Program-made: the position numbers and the translations under genes
Shown here: piece by piece, positions 24,099 through 33,464 of the stretch
How the letters are laid out: each line of letters starts with the position of its first letter
Position numbering within the stretch: position 1 is the first letter of the stretch
Notes under the pieces: generated by a model
Databases searched by the model: none
What the model saw: only the letters and a program-made list of their open reading frames with translations
What the model was told of the DNA's origin: nothing
From: Eubacteriales bacterium
GTDB taxonomy: Bacteria > Bacillota > Clostridia > Oscillospirales > CAG-272
NCBI GenBank assembly: GCA_045127235.1
Contig: JBGVPY010000065.1
Location: forward strand, 5,546-69,545
DNA: 64,000 nt
Direction of reading: 5' to 3'

Positions 24099-27000
24099 GT
24101 AAATTTGAAATTTTAAACGAAAAAACTGAATATAAGGAGATATTGCGTTTGTGCAATGAGGCAGAAAATGAAGCTAATCCTTCTAATGTAGCATTAAAAT
24201 GTCGAGATGCTCTTAATGGGATAATTGCGTTCATTTATGAAAAAGAAGAAACTTACATGCCTCAATCTGCCACAATGCTTGAACTTATTGACGGAAAAGT
24301 TGTTTCCACCTTTGCACACTATTCTGTTATAATTGATTCTTTGCATTATATTCGTAAACTTGGAATGAATGCACAACACGGTGTTCATATAAAGAAAACT
24401 CAAGCTAATCTTGCACTTGATAACCTCGCTTTCTTTGTTGAATATCTGTATAAGAAAATAGAAAAACCAGACGAAATTAAAAACATTATTTTGCCGAAAT
24501 ATATGAGTGAAGCAGACACTCGTAAAATATATATTGACCTTTATTTAGGCGAAGCAGGTTGGAACGTTATGGAACCGAATACAACAACAAAGCTTGAAAG
24601 TGGCGCTGTTGTTCGTTGTGGTACTGTATATCCTTCTTGTGCTTGTTGTGAAATAAAAGTAGAGGGTTTACCTAATAAATCCGGAATTGGCTTCTGTGAT
24701 TATGTTCTTTATGGCAAGGACGGAAAACCACTTGCCGTTGTAGAGGCAAAAAAGACAAGTGTTGATGCAAATGTTGGTATTGCACAGGTTAAAGAATACG
24801 GAGAATGTATGCGTAAACAATACGGATATATTCCGGTGTTATACTATACAAACGGTTATGAAATTTGGGTTATTGATGGTACTTATCCATCAAGAAGGGT
24901 AATGGCTTTCCACACTCTTGAAGAATTAGCTTACATAATTCAAAAAAGAGATAGAAAAGACATAACTGACCTTACTATAAATGATAAAATTTCGGGCAGA
25001 CCGTATCAAAAAATGGCTATTACAAATATCTGTGAACGTTTTAACGAAAAACAACGTCGTGGGCTTATTGTAATGGCTACAGGAACGGGTAAAACAAGAG
25101 TTTCAATATCTCTTGTTGATGTATTGTTACGCAATAAATGGATTAAAAATGTTTTGTTCCTTGCAGATAGGACAAGTCTTGTAGAGCAGGCATTTAAAAA
25201 CTTCAAGAAGATATTGCCTGATATGAGCTATTGCGTTCTTTCCGATAAATCACTTGCGGATGAACCAAATGCAAGAGTAACATTTTCAACCCACCAAACA
25301 ATGATAAACTATATTGACGCAGAGGACAAGGAATATTCATCTGCACGATTTGATTTGATTATCATTGATGAAGCTCACCGTTCAATATTTAATAAGTACG
25401 GTTCAATATTTAAGTATTTTGACTCCCTTTTGGTAGGTCTTACCGCTACTCCAAAGGAAGAAGTAGATGCTAATACATATCAATTATTTAATTGTGAAAA
25501 TGGAGAGCCTAACTTTGCATATTCATTAGAAGAAGCAGTAAAAGACAAATATCTTGTTCCGTATAAGGTGCAAGCAAGAACAACAAAATTGTTATCTCAC
25601 GGAATAAAATACTCTGATTTATCGCAAAAAGATAAGGATACTATTGAGTCTATTATTGATTTGGGTGGAGTAGAGGACGACTTTGTAATACCTAAAGAAA
25701 CTTTGTTTAAAATTTTCTATAACAAGGACACTTGTAAACGTGTTTTAGAAGATTTAATGCAAAACGGATTAAGAGTTGAAGCTGGTCAAAAGGTAGGTAA
25801 AACAATCATTTTTGCATACAATCATATACACGCTGACTTAATAGTTAAAACCTTCCACGAGGTTTATCCTGCGTATGGTGAGGATTATTGTCAACTCATA
25901 GATAATAAAGTAAAACACGCAAATCGCTTGATTGAAAAATTTGATATGGACGACAACTTTAGAATTGCTGTATCTGTTGATATGCTTGATACAGGTGTTG
26001 ATATTCCTGCGGTTTTAAATCTTGTATTCTTTAAGCCTGTACGTTCTAAAATCAAATTTGTTCAAATGATAGGACGTGGTACTCGTTTGTGCGAAGGATT
26101 AATTGATGGAAATGATAAAACTCATTTCTTGATTTTTGACTATTGTTCAAACTTTGAGTACTTTGACAAGCATCCAGACGGAGCAAACAATCAAAACGGA
26201 AAATCGTTATCTCAAAAATTGTTTGATATTCGTATGAATATTTTAGTTGAACTTCAAAGATACGAACATCAAAGCAACCCTGAACACAAGGAATATTATG
26301 ACGAATTAAAGCAGTATTTGTTTAATAAGGTTCAGGAAATCAAGAAAAATTCTGCCCGTATTTCTGTAAGGGAAGAAATGGCTTATGTTGATAAGTATAT
26401 TGACTATGACAGATGGGCAGCAATATCTCAATTAGCTAATAAAGAAATTCAGTTACATTTAACAAAACTCATAGACAATGAATTGGACCAGAAAAAAGGT
26501 AGCTTGTCATTTGATTTAAGGATGCTTGATATTGAATTATCGGTATTAGCAGAAGGAAATATAGGCAAGGCTATAAAATCTGTGGAAACAATTCGCAGGG
26601 TTTCAAATATTTTGTTAAATGAAGCAGGTTCTATAACAGCAGTAATAAATCAAGCAGAAACACTACAAAAGCTTGTAAGTGTTGAGTTTTGGAAAAATCC
26701 TAAAGTTAAGGATTTGGAAGAAATTCGTGAACAAGTGCGTGAACTGATGCAATATTTACCACCTAAAGTTCCACCAGTAGAAATAGATGTTGAAGATGAA
26801 ACTGAAGATAGTGGATATGATGTATCAGGCTTGATTGATATAAGAACCTATAAGGAAAAAGTAATAGATTATCTTGCTGAAAACACAGATAATGCAACTA
26901 TTAAGAAAATTCAAAATCTTGAGCCTATCAATGCTGAGGATGTAAAAGAGCTTGAAAGAATTTTGTGGACCGAGCTTGGAACAAGAGAAGATTACGAAAG

Positions 27001-27292
27001 TGCAACCGATATTGATAATTTGGCAGTTTTCATTCGTTCTATTGTTGGTATAGAGCAATCCTCTATAAACGAAAAGTTTGGAGAATATTTATCAGGAAAT
27101 ACACTTAATTCTGAGCAACAAGAATTTCTTAAGGCTATTATTGATTATGTTCGTGAAAATGGTGATATCAAGGCGGAAGATTTAATTGAAAAATCTCCAT
27201 TTGACAATTATGATATTGTAACATTGTTTGGTAGTTATGTTCCAATTTTGTTGAATATTGTAAATACGATGCATAATAGTATAGTTGCGTGA
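24095..27292 (+). CDS. hsdR: Type I restriction enzyme R subunit
   Basis: Nuclease motif DYVLYGKDGKPLAVVEAKK, Walker A VMATGTGKTR, DEAH box IIIDEAHRS, QMIGRGTR. ATG 24095 follows GAGGTGA. Confidence 0.92.
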   Translation: MSKFEILNEKTEYKEILRLCNEAENEANPSNVALKCRDALNGIIAFIYEKEETYMPQSATMLELIDGKVVSTFAHYSVIIDSLHYIRKLGMNAQHGVHIKKTQANLALDNLAFFVEYLYKKIEKPDEIKNIILPKYMSEADTRKIYIDLYLGEAGWNVMEPNTTTKLESGAVVRCGTVYPSCACCEIKVEGLPNKSGIGFCDYVLYGKDGKPLAVVEAKKTSVDANVGIAQVKEYGECMRKQYGYIPVLYYTNGYEIWVIDGTYPSRRVMAFHTLEELAYIIQKRDRKDITDLTINDKISGRPYQKMAITNICERFNEKQRRGLIVMATGTGKTRVSISLVDVLLRNKWIKNVLFLADRTSLVEQAFKNFKKILPDMSYCVLSDKSLADEPNARVTFSTHQTMINYIDAEDKEYSSARFDLIIIDEAHRSIFNKYGSIFKYFDSLLVGLTATPKEEVDANTYQLFNCENGEPNFAYSLEEAVKDKYLVPYKVQARTTKLLSHGIKYSDLSQKDKDTIESIIDLGGVEDDFVIPKETLFKIFYNKDTCKRVLEDLMQNGLRVEAGQKVGKTIIFAYNHIHADLIVKTFHEVYPAYGEDYCQLIDNKVKHANRLIEKFDMDDNFRIAVSVDMLDTGVDIPAVLNLVFFKPVRSKIKFVQMIGRGTRLCEGLIDGNDKTHFLIFDYCSNFEYFDKHPDGANNQNGKSLSQKLFDIRMNILVELQRYEHQSNPEHKEYYDELKQYLFNKVQEIKKNSARISVREEMAYVDKYIDYDRWAAISQLANKEIQLHLTKLIDNELDQKKGSLSFDLRMLDIELSVLAEGNIGKAIKSVETIRRVSNILLNEAGSITAVINQAETLQKLVSVEFWKNPKVKDLEEIREQVRELMQYLPPKVPPVEIDVEDETEDSGYDVSGLIDIRTYKEKVIDYLAENTDNATIKKIQNLEPINAEDVKELERILWTELGTREDYESATDIDNLAVFIRSIVGIEQSSINEKFGEYLSGNTLNSEQQEFLKAIIDYVRENGDIKAEDLIEKSPFDNYDIVTLFGSYVPILLNIVNTMHNSIVA

Positions 27293-27346
27293 TGAAATGT
27301 AGTTTTAAGTATGTTTTGTGATTATTAAAGCGAAGGAAAGAGTTTT

Positions 27347-29119
27347 ATGGAACAACAACTTTTTGACACGACACCATTAAAGGTAGGACAGTTACTTGAA
27401 AAAATAGAAACTGGAGAATTAGGTTTGCCAGATTTACAAAGACCTTTTGTTTGGGAAGACTCGAAAGTAAGGGATTTGTTTGACTCAATGATGAAAGGTT
27501 ATCCAATCGGATATTTGATGCTTTGGGAATGTCCTGAATTAGAAAAGAAAAAGTCTATTGGTGTTGAGGCACACAATTACCCCACACCAAAAGAAGTTAT
27601 AATTGACGGACAACAAAGATTAACTTGTCTGTATGCTGTTATTAAAGGAAAGAAAATTTTTGACAAAAAACAGCAAGAGAGGGAAATAGTTATTTCGTAC
27701 AATCCTTTGACAAATATTTTTGAAGTAGGAAATCAATCTACTTTGAGAGATAAACATTGGATATATAATATCAGCAGTGCTTATACCACACCTCAATGGA
27801 AATTTATGAATTCGTATATTTCTACATTGGCGGAAATCCGAAATGCAAAAGGGACTCCTTTAACAAGTGAAGAGGAAACGATAATAGGTGAGAACTTAAC
27901 TGCGTTGTATAATTTGACTCAATTTATTCTACCTGTATTTAATATTAAATCGGATGCTGATGAAGAATCTGTGTCAAATATTTTTGTTAGAGTAAATTCG
28001 GGTGGTGTAAAATTAAAAGAGAATGATTTTATTTTAACCTTGTTATCTTTATATTGGGCAGAGGGCAGAAAACAAATAGAAGAATTTGCACGTCAATCTA
28101 TAACGCCAAGTAAAGAACCAACTTCTTATAATCTTTTGACCGAAGTCGAACCGCAAGATATTGTTAGAGTTATTATTGCATATGGTTTTGATAGAGCAAG
28201 ATTGAAATACGGCTACAAGCTCTTAAGGGGTGCAGACTTTGATAAAAAAGGTGTAGTTGACATATCATTACGTGATAAGAGATTTGATGTTCTTAAAGAA
28301 AAATTACCTGATATTCTAAACATTCATACTTGGCACGAGTTTTTAAAGGCTGTTATGAATGCGGGTTACTTAGGAAAGGAACAGATTTCTTCTGGAACAT
28401 CTGTGTTCTATGCGTATGCTTTTTATCTTATCGCAAAGTACAGATTTAATGCATCTTACAATGAGAATATGTTAATAACATCAAAATGGTTTTACTACAT
28501 ATCTTTAGTTTCATTGTATTCGGGTTCGTTCGAGTCTGTAATGGAAGGTCATTTGAACGTTATAAAAACATTAAATACATTTGACGAATACAAAGAATTC
28601 ATAAACCAAAAGATTAGTGAAAGACTTACAAATGACTATTTTGAATATACACTTGTTGGTTCGGAAGGCTTGGCAGTTTCAGGAAAAGGAAATCCGGCTT
28701 GGAACGCGTATTGTGCTGCACTTAATATTTTAGATAGTCATATATTGTTTTCAAAGGCTACGCTGCTGGTTTCTAAACTTTATGAACCGGGAGTTGATGG
28801 TACAAGAAAATCACTTGAAAAGCATCATTTGTTTCCTAAAGCATATCTCAAAAAATTGGGTTATACTGACAGCAAAATAAATCAGATGGCTAACTATGCT
28901 TATATTGATTGGAAAGACAATGCTGAAATATTAGATGAAGCTCCTTCTGTTTACTATCCAATAATTTGCAAGGGAAGAACAGAAGAAGAAATTATAAAAA
29001 TGGAAGAAGAGAATGCTTTACCAAGAGGTTGGGAGAATATGTCTTATGAAGAATTTCTTGTGAAAAGACGTGTTTTGATGGCGAAAAAGATAAAGGAAGC
29101 ATTTGAAAGGTTGAATTAG
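27347..29119 (+). CDS. GmrSD-like Type IV (modification-dependent) restriction enzyme, DUF262 + DUF1524-type His-Me finger
   Basis: N-terminal LPDLQRPFVWE...IIDGQQRLT (DUF262/ParB-like). C-terminal EKHHLFPKAYL...ANYAYIDWKDN (HNH-like). Confidence 0.8.
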   Translation: MEQQLFDTTPLKVGQLLEKIETGELGLPDLQRPFVWEDSKVRDLFDSMMKGYPIGYLMLWECPELEKKKSIGVEAHNYPTPKEVIIDGQQRLTCLYAVIKGKKIFDKKQQEREIVISYNPLTNIFEVGNQSTLRDKHWIYNISSAYTTPQWKFMNSYISTLAEIRNAKGTPLTSEEETIIGENLTALYNLTQFILPVFNIKSDADEESVSNIFVRVNSGGVKLKENDFILTLLSLYWAEGRKQIEEFARQSITPSKEPTSYNLLTEVEPQDIVRVIIAYGFDRARLKYGYKLLRGADFDKKGVVDISLRDKRFDVLKEKLPDILNIHTWHEFLKAVMNAGYLGKEQISSGTSVFYAYAFYLIAKYRFNASYNENMLITSKWFYYISLVSLYSGSFESVMEGHLNVIKTLNTFDEYKEFINQKISERLTNDYFEYTLVGSEGLAVSGKGNPAWNAYCAALNILDSHILFSKATLLVSKLYEPGVDGTRKSLEKHHLFPKAYLKKLGYTDSKINQMANYAYIDWKDNAEILDEAPSVYYPIICKGRTEEEIIKMEEENALPRGWENMSYEEFLVKRRVLMAKKIKEAFERLN

Positions 29120-29144
29120 CATAACAGGAGAAAGGGGAATAAAG

Positions 29145-29705
29145 ATGGACGAACAAACGAGTTTAATTATAGTTTGTAACGACAAAATGATGGAATACGC
29201 AAATTTTTTAGTTCAACTTATTGGATTGAAAGATGATGGCGAAGAAGTTGTTGGAATAGAAGATGGCTCTGTTTCTGCTGCAATTTGGACTGAAAAGCAG
29301 TATAAGGATAACCTTGCTCAAATTACTTCTGACACACATATTTTGTTTATCGGTAATAGCAAATTAGTAAAATTGCAAGCTGCAAATGTTAAAATTATGT
29401 ATTCACAGTATGGTATGAATTATGGTTGGCTTGGCAAGAGAGCTGTAATGTTTGTTGATGATAAGATGCTTAACAAAGAACAATATGATAAGTTTTTTGA
29501 ATATGCAAAAGATTACGAGCAAAATTTCAATGAGAAAGCACTAATCACTTGGGAAAAAGTTGTTCCATTTATAGGCGGGGTTATTGCAATAGGTGCATCT
29601 GTTGCGAGTGTGATTTTCAAGAAAGATAAGATGCATAATCAACAGTATTCTTGCTTAACAAGAGTGTTGTATATTGAAGGACTAAAGAATTTTTTGGAGG
29701 CTTAA
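29145..29705 (+). CDS. unknown protein: ~140-aa alpha/beta-looking domain + one C-terminal TM
   Basis: Begins 25 nt after the DUF262 gene. TM VVPFIGGVIAIGASVASVIF. No motif recognised. Confidence 0.65.
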   Translation: MDEQTSLIIVCNDKMMEYANFLVQLIGLKDDGEEVVGIEDGSVSAAIWTEKQYKDNLAQITSDTHILFIGNSKLVKLQAANVKIMYSQYGMNYGWLGKRAVMFVDDKMLNKEQYDKFFEYAKDYEQNFNEKALITWEKVVPFIGGVIAIGASVASVIFKKDKMHNQQYSCLTRVLYIEGLKNFLEA

Positions 29706-31265
29706 ATGGAAGGCTTCAACGAAGGGTATAGTTATTTTGCTAAAAATGCAGGTGTTCTCTCTGCTGCTTTTAAGTCTGCTATTGACGGAGAAAAAGGTGC
29801 AATACATAATGATTTTATATCAAAAGCTAATGCAGAAATAGATTCTTTAGTAAAAACTTTAAATACTACATTTGAAGGTCATAAAACTCCAACAGCTCAA
29901 TTAAAAGGTAATGTCGCTGAGCATATCCACGCAAGCTCATTTAATGTAAATGCACACCTTAATCATTCGTCAAGCAGCGCAGAGGTTTTGAAAAGTAATA
30001 AGTATGGTTCTGTTGATATACAGGTAACTTGTGAAGATGGTACAATTAAAAATTTCAGTTTGAAATATGATAAGTCGGGTGGAGAATCTGCGAAACAACA
30101 AGCGATAACCGTTATGGAAAAATTCCACAAATATAAAAGTGCCGGTGGAAAAGAGGACTTAGCAACTTATCTTGAAAAAAGAGGTTATGATGAAGAAACC
30201 GTATATACAGATTTGGTATATTCGGGACAGTATAGAGTAATCCCTAAAGGTCAGCTAACAGAAGCGGTAAGCTGGTTAAAAAGAAAAATTGGAGAGAATG
30301 AATTAACAAGACCTGAACAAGCTGCTCGTTATCGTGAAACGTTAGAAATGCTTGAAACTAAAATAAGTGATAATGCCGGGATTGAGTCTATTGAATTCAC
30401 TAACGAAGAAATGGCAAAAATTGCGGAATTAGCAAAAAAAGGTGATGTAACACGAGAGGATCTTGAGAAACTTGGATTTATTGTTCCTGACGGATATGGA
30501 TTAAAGTATGTGTTGGGGCAGGCTTTTAAAGCAGGTTTATCTGCTGCACTAATTTCTTTGGTGTTAAATGTTGCACCCGAAATATTAAGGGCTATAACAC
30601 ATCTAATTAAAGAAGGATATGTTGATAAAGAACAGTTTAAGAATATTGGTTTTGCCGCTATAAAAGGAGCTTCCGAGGGCTTTGTTACAGGAACTATTTC
30701 TGCAGCAATTACAGGAGCTTGCAAATTAGGATTACTTGGAGAAGCGGCTAAGAACGTAAACGCTTTGATTATTGGAGCGATAACTGTTATTGCATTTAAT
30801 GCGATTAAGAATGCTTATAACGTATCTAAAGGTAAAATTACAAGAACGCAAATGGCAAATGCTCTTGTGAAAGATGTTATTGTTACAGGTTGTTCGTTGG
30901 CTTTAGGAACGGTTTCTCAATATTTTATTCAAATACCTATTTTTGGGTATATGGTAGGTAGCTTTATAGGTTCAATTATAGGCACTTTCACATATGAATT
31001 TGGTTATAAAGGTGTTTTATCTTTATGTGCAAGTACAGGTTTTACGATGTTCGGTTTAGTTGAACAAGATTATACTTTACCAGAAGATGTGATACAATCA
31101 ATCGGTATTAAAGTTTTTGATTATGATAAATTTAATTTCAAAAAATTTGAACTAAAACCGTTTGAAGTTAAGCAATTTTCAGTAAAATCACAGGGAATGA
31201 AAATGTTTGAGATAAAACCATTACGCAGGGGCGTAATAGGAGTGTCAACTATAGGATATGTATAG
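29706..31265 (+). CDS. unknown protein: ~270-aa soluble N-domain + Gly/Ala-rich multi-TM region + short F-x-x-K repeats
   Basis: ATG immediately follows the upstream TAA. TM-like segments AGLSAALISLVLNVA, GTISAAITGACKLGLLG, ALIIGAITVIAFNAI and IPIFGYMVGSFIGSIIGTF. Tail FDYDKFNFKKFELKPFEVKQFSVK. Confidence 0.65.
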   Translation: MEGFNEGYSYFAKNAGVLSAAFKSAIDGEKGAIHNDFISKANAEIDSLVKTLNTTFEGHKTPTAQLKGNVAEHIHASSFNVNAHLNHSSSSAEVLKSNKYGSVDIQVTCEDGTIKNFSLKYDKSGGESAKQQAITVMEKFHKYKSAGGKEDLATYLEKRGYDEETVYTDLVYSGQYRVIPKGQLTEAVSWLKRKIGENELTRPEQAARYRETLEMLETKISDNAGIESIEFTNEEMAKIAELAKKGDVTREDLEKLGFIVPDGYGLKYVLGQAFKAGLSAALISLVLNVAPEILRAITHLIKEGYVDKEQFKNIGFAAIKGASEGFVTGTISAAITGACKLGLLGEAAKNVNALIIGAITVIAFNAIKNAYNVSKGKITRTQMANALVKDVIVTGCSLALGTVSQYFIQIPIFGYMVGSFIGSIIGTFTYEFGYKGVLSLCASTGFTMFGLVEQDYTLPEDVIQSIGIKVFDYDKFNFKKFELKPFEVKQFSVKSQGMKMFEIKPLRRGVIGVSTIGYV

Positions 31266-31309
31266 ATAAAATATTGTTAGATTCGGAAAATTATGAAAGG
31301 AGGACATAT

Positions 31310-31534
31310 TTGATATTTGAAATTTTAGGTGTAATATTAGAAAGCTTTTTTGGAACGATTAAAGGTTTGATACCTGTTATCCCTTCCATTTTAGATTTGA
31401 AAGATACATTAGAACAACTTACACCTATGGGAATGTTGCAAACAGGATTAGCTGCAGTAGGTGTTCCTGCATTAGTTGTAACTATACTTGTTTTTGTTGT
31501 TAAATTTGTAATCAGCAAAATACAGATGAACTAA
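31310..31534 (+). CDS. small two-TM membrane protein (74 aa)
   Basis: TTG start 6 nt after AGGAGG. Hydrophobic segments ILGVILESFFGTIKGLIPVIP and GLAAVGVPALVVTILVFVV. Confidence 0.5.
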   Translation: MIFEILGVILESFFGTIKGLIPVIPSILDLKDTLEQLTPMGMLQTGLAAVGVPALVVTILVFVVKFVISKIQMN

Positions 31535-31570
31535 TAAATAGTTAAGTTATACGTTAACTTACCAAAGTAT

Positions 31571-31603
31571 AAAAAAAGCCATCTCGTTTGAGATGGCTTT
31601 TTT
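31571..31603. terminator. bidirectional intrinsic terminator between convergent blocks
   Basis: A-run, then agccatctc / gagatggct stem (9 bp), then T-run. Confidence 0.85.
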
Positions 31604-31614
31604 GTGTTAATTAG

Positions 31615-31926
31615 TTATTTTTTAGGTATATAGTATTTGAAATTAACGCATACTGCCTTTTTGGTAGCACCGTTATTATTTACATATTTGTAATCAGGCT
31701 TACCGTTTTGCGTAGCTCTAATTACAATCTTCTTAGGGTATTTTTCAGTTATAGGTGTATTACCTTCAAAAAACTGTTCGGGTGTACCCACCTCAATGAT
31801 ATTGAAACCCTTTTGTATAAGCATAACGCTGAATTGCCATAGCTCTTCAAACATTTGGTAAGTGTCAAGTATAACAGAGAAGTCCTTTTCTTTGTGGTAA
31901 GCTGTTATTCTAAAATAAGTATTCAT
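31615..31926 (-). CDS. hypothetical protein
   Basis: Last gene of the minus-strand block. AGGAGA RBS. Confidence 0.6.
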   Translation of the reverse strand: MNTYFRITAYHKEKDFSVILDTYQMFEELWQFSVMLIQKGFNIIEVGTPEQFFEGNTPITEKYPKKIVIRATQNGKPDYKYVNNNGATKKAVCVNFKYYIPKK

Positions 31927-31944
31927 TTTGTTTCTCCTTTTTAA

Positions 31945-32127
31945 TTAAATAAGTTCAATGCAGTATTGATAATCAATTTCTTCACCCATAACGGTTATTG
32001 TGTTTCCATTTTCGAAAAATTCAAATAACCATTTGTGAAACTCTTCTGGACTATTAAAATCATATTGTTTTTCTTTCAAATATGCTTTTAATTGTTTGTA
32101 GTTGAAGAACGTAATTTCAAGTATCAT
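31945..32127 (-). CDS. small hypothetical protein
   Basis: GGGGG/GGTG RBS region. 60 aa. Confidence 0.5.
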   Translation of the reverse strand: MILEITFFNYKQLKAYLKEKQYDFNSPEEFHKWLFEFFENGNTITVMGEEIDYQYCIELI

Positions 32128-32140
32128 ATAATCACCCCCT

Positions 32141-33463
32141 TTAAGCTGCTTTTAATAATTTCTTTAATTGTTTGTTAGCGTATGGTAGCCAAGTTCCATT
32201 AACATAATTTAATATTTCTTCACTTGGTGTAGAATTATGTTCACCACGAACCTGTAATATTTGATGTCTGGAAAGAGAATATTCAATCGTTACAAGTGGT
32301 GTTTTTGGATGTTCTTTATCCCTTACAAAGAAGATTAAAGTATTTTCATCAACGAATTTTTTATCATAACCCATTCTTCCAACGCAGTGGTGTAAAGTAT
32401 TTCCTTCTTTTTGAAGTTCGTTTGGAGATTTGGCTATAATACAAATAAATGAGCCTTTACATTTTTCCTGTAAAGACTCATATTTTTTCGCAATAATTTT
32501 GAATTGAGCATTAAATTCTTTTCTCGCTTTAGCATCAGCTTTTGCTTTGGCACTTGAATATTCGTCAATTCTTGTATCGTGCCAAAACTTAAAATCGTGA
32601 GGATATCTGTTTTTATCAATGCTCATATCAATACCTAAATAGATGCAGGCATTAAGATAATCTAAGTAACTTCTGTTAGAGGTTTTTTGTGTTTCTATGT
32701 AAGATATGAACTTCTCATAATCACCTTTTTGTTTAAGCATATCTCTAACAGGCTGCATTCCTTCCTCGTGAATGAGTCTTTTTCTTGCTGACTCATAAGA
32801 TTGAGCTTTATCTAAGTCCCAACCTTTTTTATAGGCTAAGAGAATAGCAGTTACATGATAGCCAAAATGTTTTATTCTAAGGCGATTTTTATATAGCCAT
32901 TTGCAAAACTGTTTATCTTTTTTACATTGTCTTAAAAGCATTATGCTCATAGCCCTTGCTTCCAATCCCATTTTTACCAAATATTCAGCTTGAGGGAAGC
33001 GTTCATATACTTTTAAGTATTTGAAAAAATCGCCATAAGGATATTGTTCATAAGCACAGTATTTGTATTCTGGGAATTTGGCTACATATTCTTTGTTTAT
33101 GCAAGGACACCAAATGTGGAAATACTTATCATCTGCCTTTCCCCATTCACCATCTGCATACCAAACTTCACGTCCATAACCTTCATAGAACCAATTTGTT
33201 ACATATCCACCCAACCAAAAGTAGGCAATATCTTTGACATAGCAATCTTTTGAGTGCATAGAGTGAATAACAACCTGTTTGCAAATCCATTTCTTGTATC
33301 TCGATTTAACAGCTACAATAATTTGAACAAGTTCACCGTCATTTTTAGTAAGATAAGAGTAATATCTTGTGTGTCCGTCTTGAGCTTTATAGCTTTCCAA
33401 ATCCTTTTTCTTAATGAGATTTAATATATATTTTGGGATTGGCTTAATTTTCTCAATTTTCAT
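32141..33463 (-). CDS. PcfJ-like protein (conjugative-element associated)
   Basis: C-terminal GNTLHHCVGRMGYDKKF...LIFFVRDKEHPKTPLVTIEY is PcfJ-like from memory. The start at 33463 lies 8 nt after GGAGGG. Confidence 0.55.
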   Translation of the reverse strand: MKIEKIKPIPKYILNLIKKKDLESYKAQDGHTRYYSYLTKNDGELVQIIVAVKSRYKKWICKQVVIHSMHSKDCYVKDIAYFWLGGYVTNWFYEGYGREVWYADGEWGKADDKYFHIWCPCINKEYVAKFPEYKYCAYEQYPYGDFFKYLKVYERFPQAEYLVKMGLEARAMSIMLLRQCKKDKQFCKWLYKNRLRIKHFGYHVTAILLAYKKGWDLDKAQSYESARKRLIHEEGMQPVRDMLKQKGDYEKFISYIETQKTSNRSYLDYLNACIYLGIDMSIDKNRYPHDFKFWHDTRIDEYSSAKAKADAKARKEFNAQFKIIAKKYESLQEKCKGSFICIIAKSPNELQKEGNTLHHCVGRMGYDKKFVDENTLIFFVRDKEHPKTPLVTIEYSLSRHQILQVRGEHNSTPSEEILNYVNGTWLPYANKQLKKLLKAA

Positions 33464-33464
33464 T

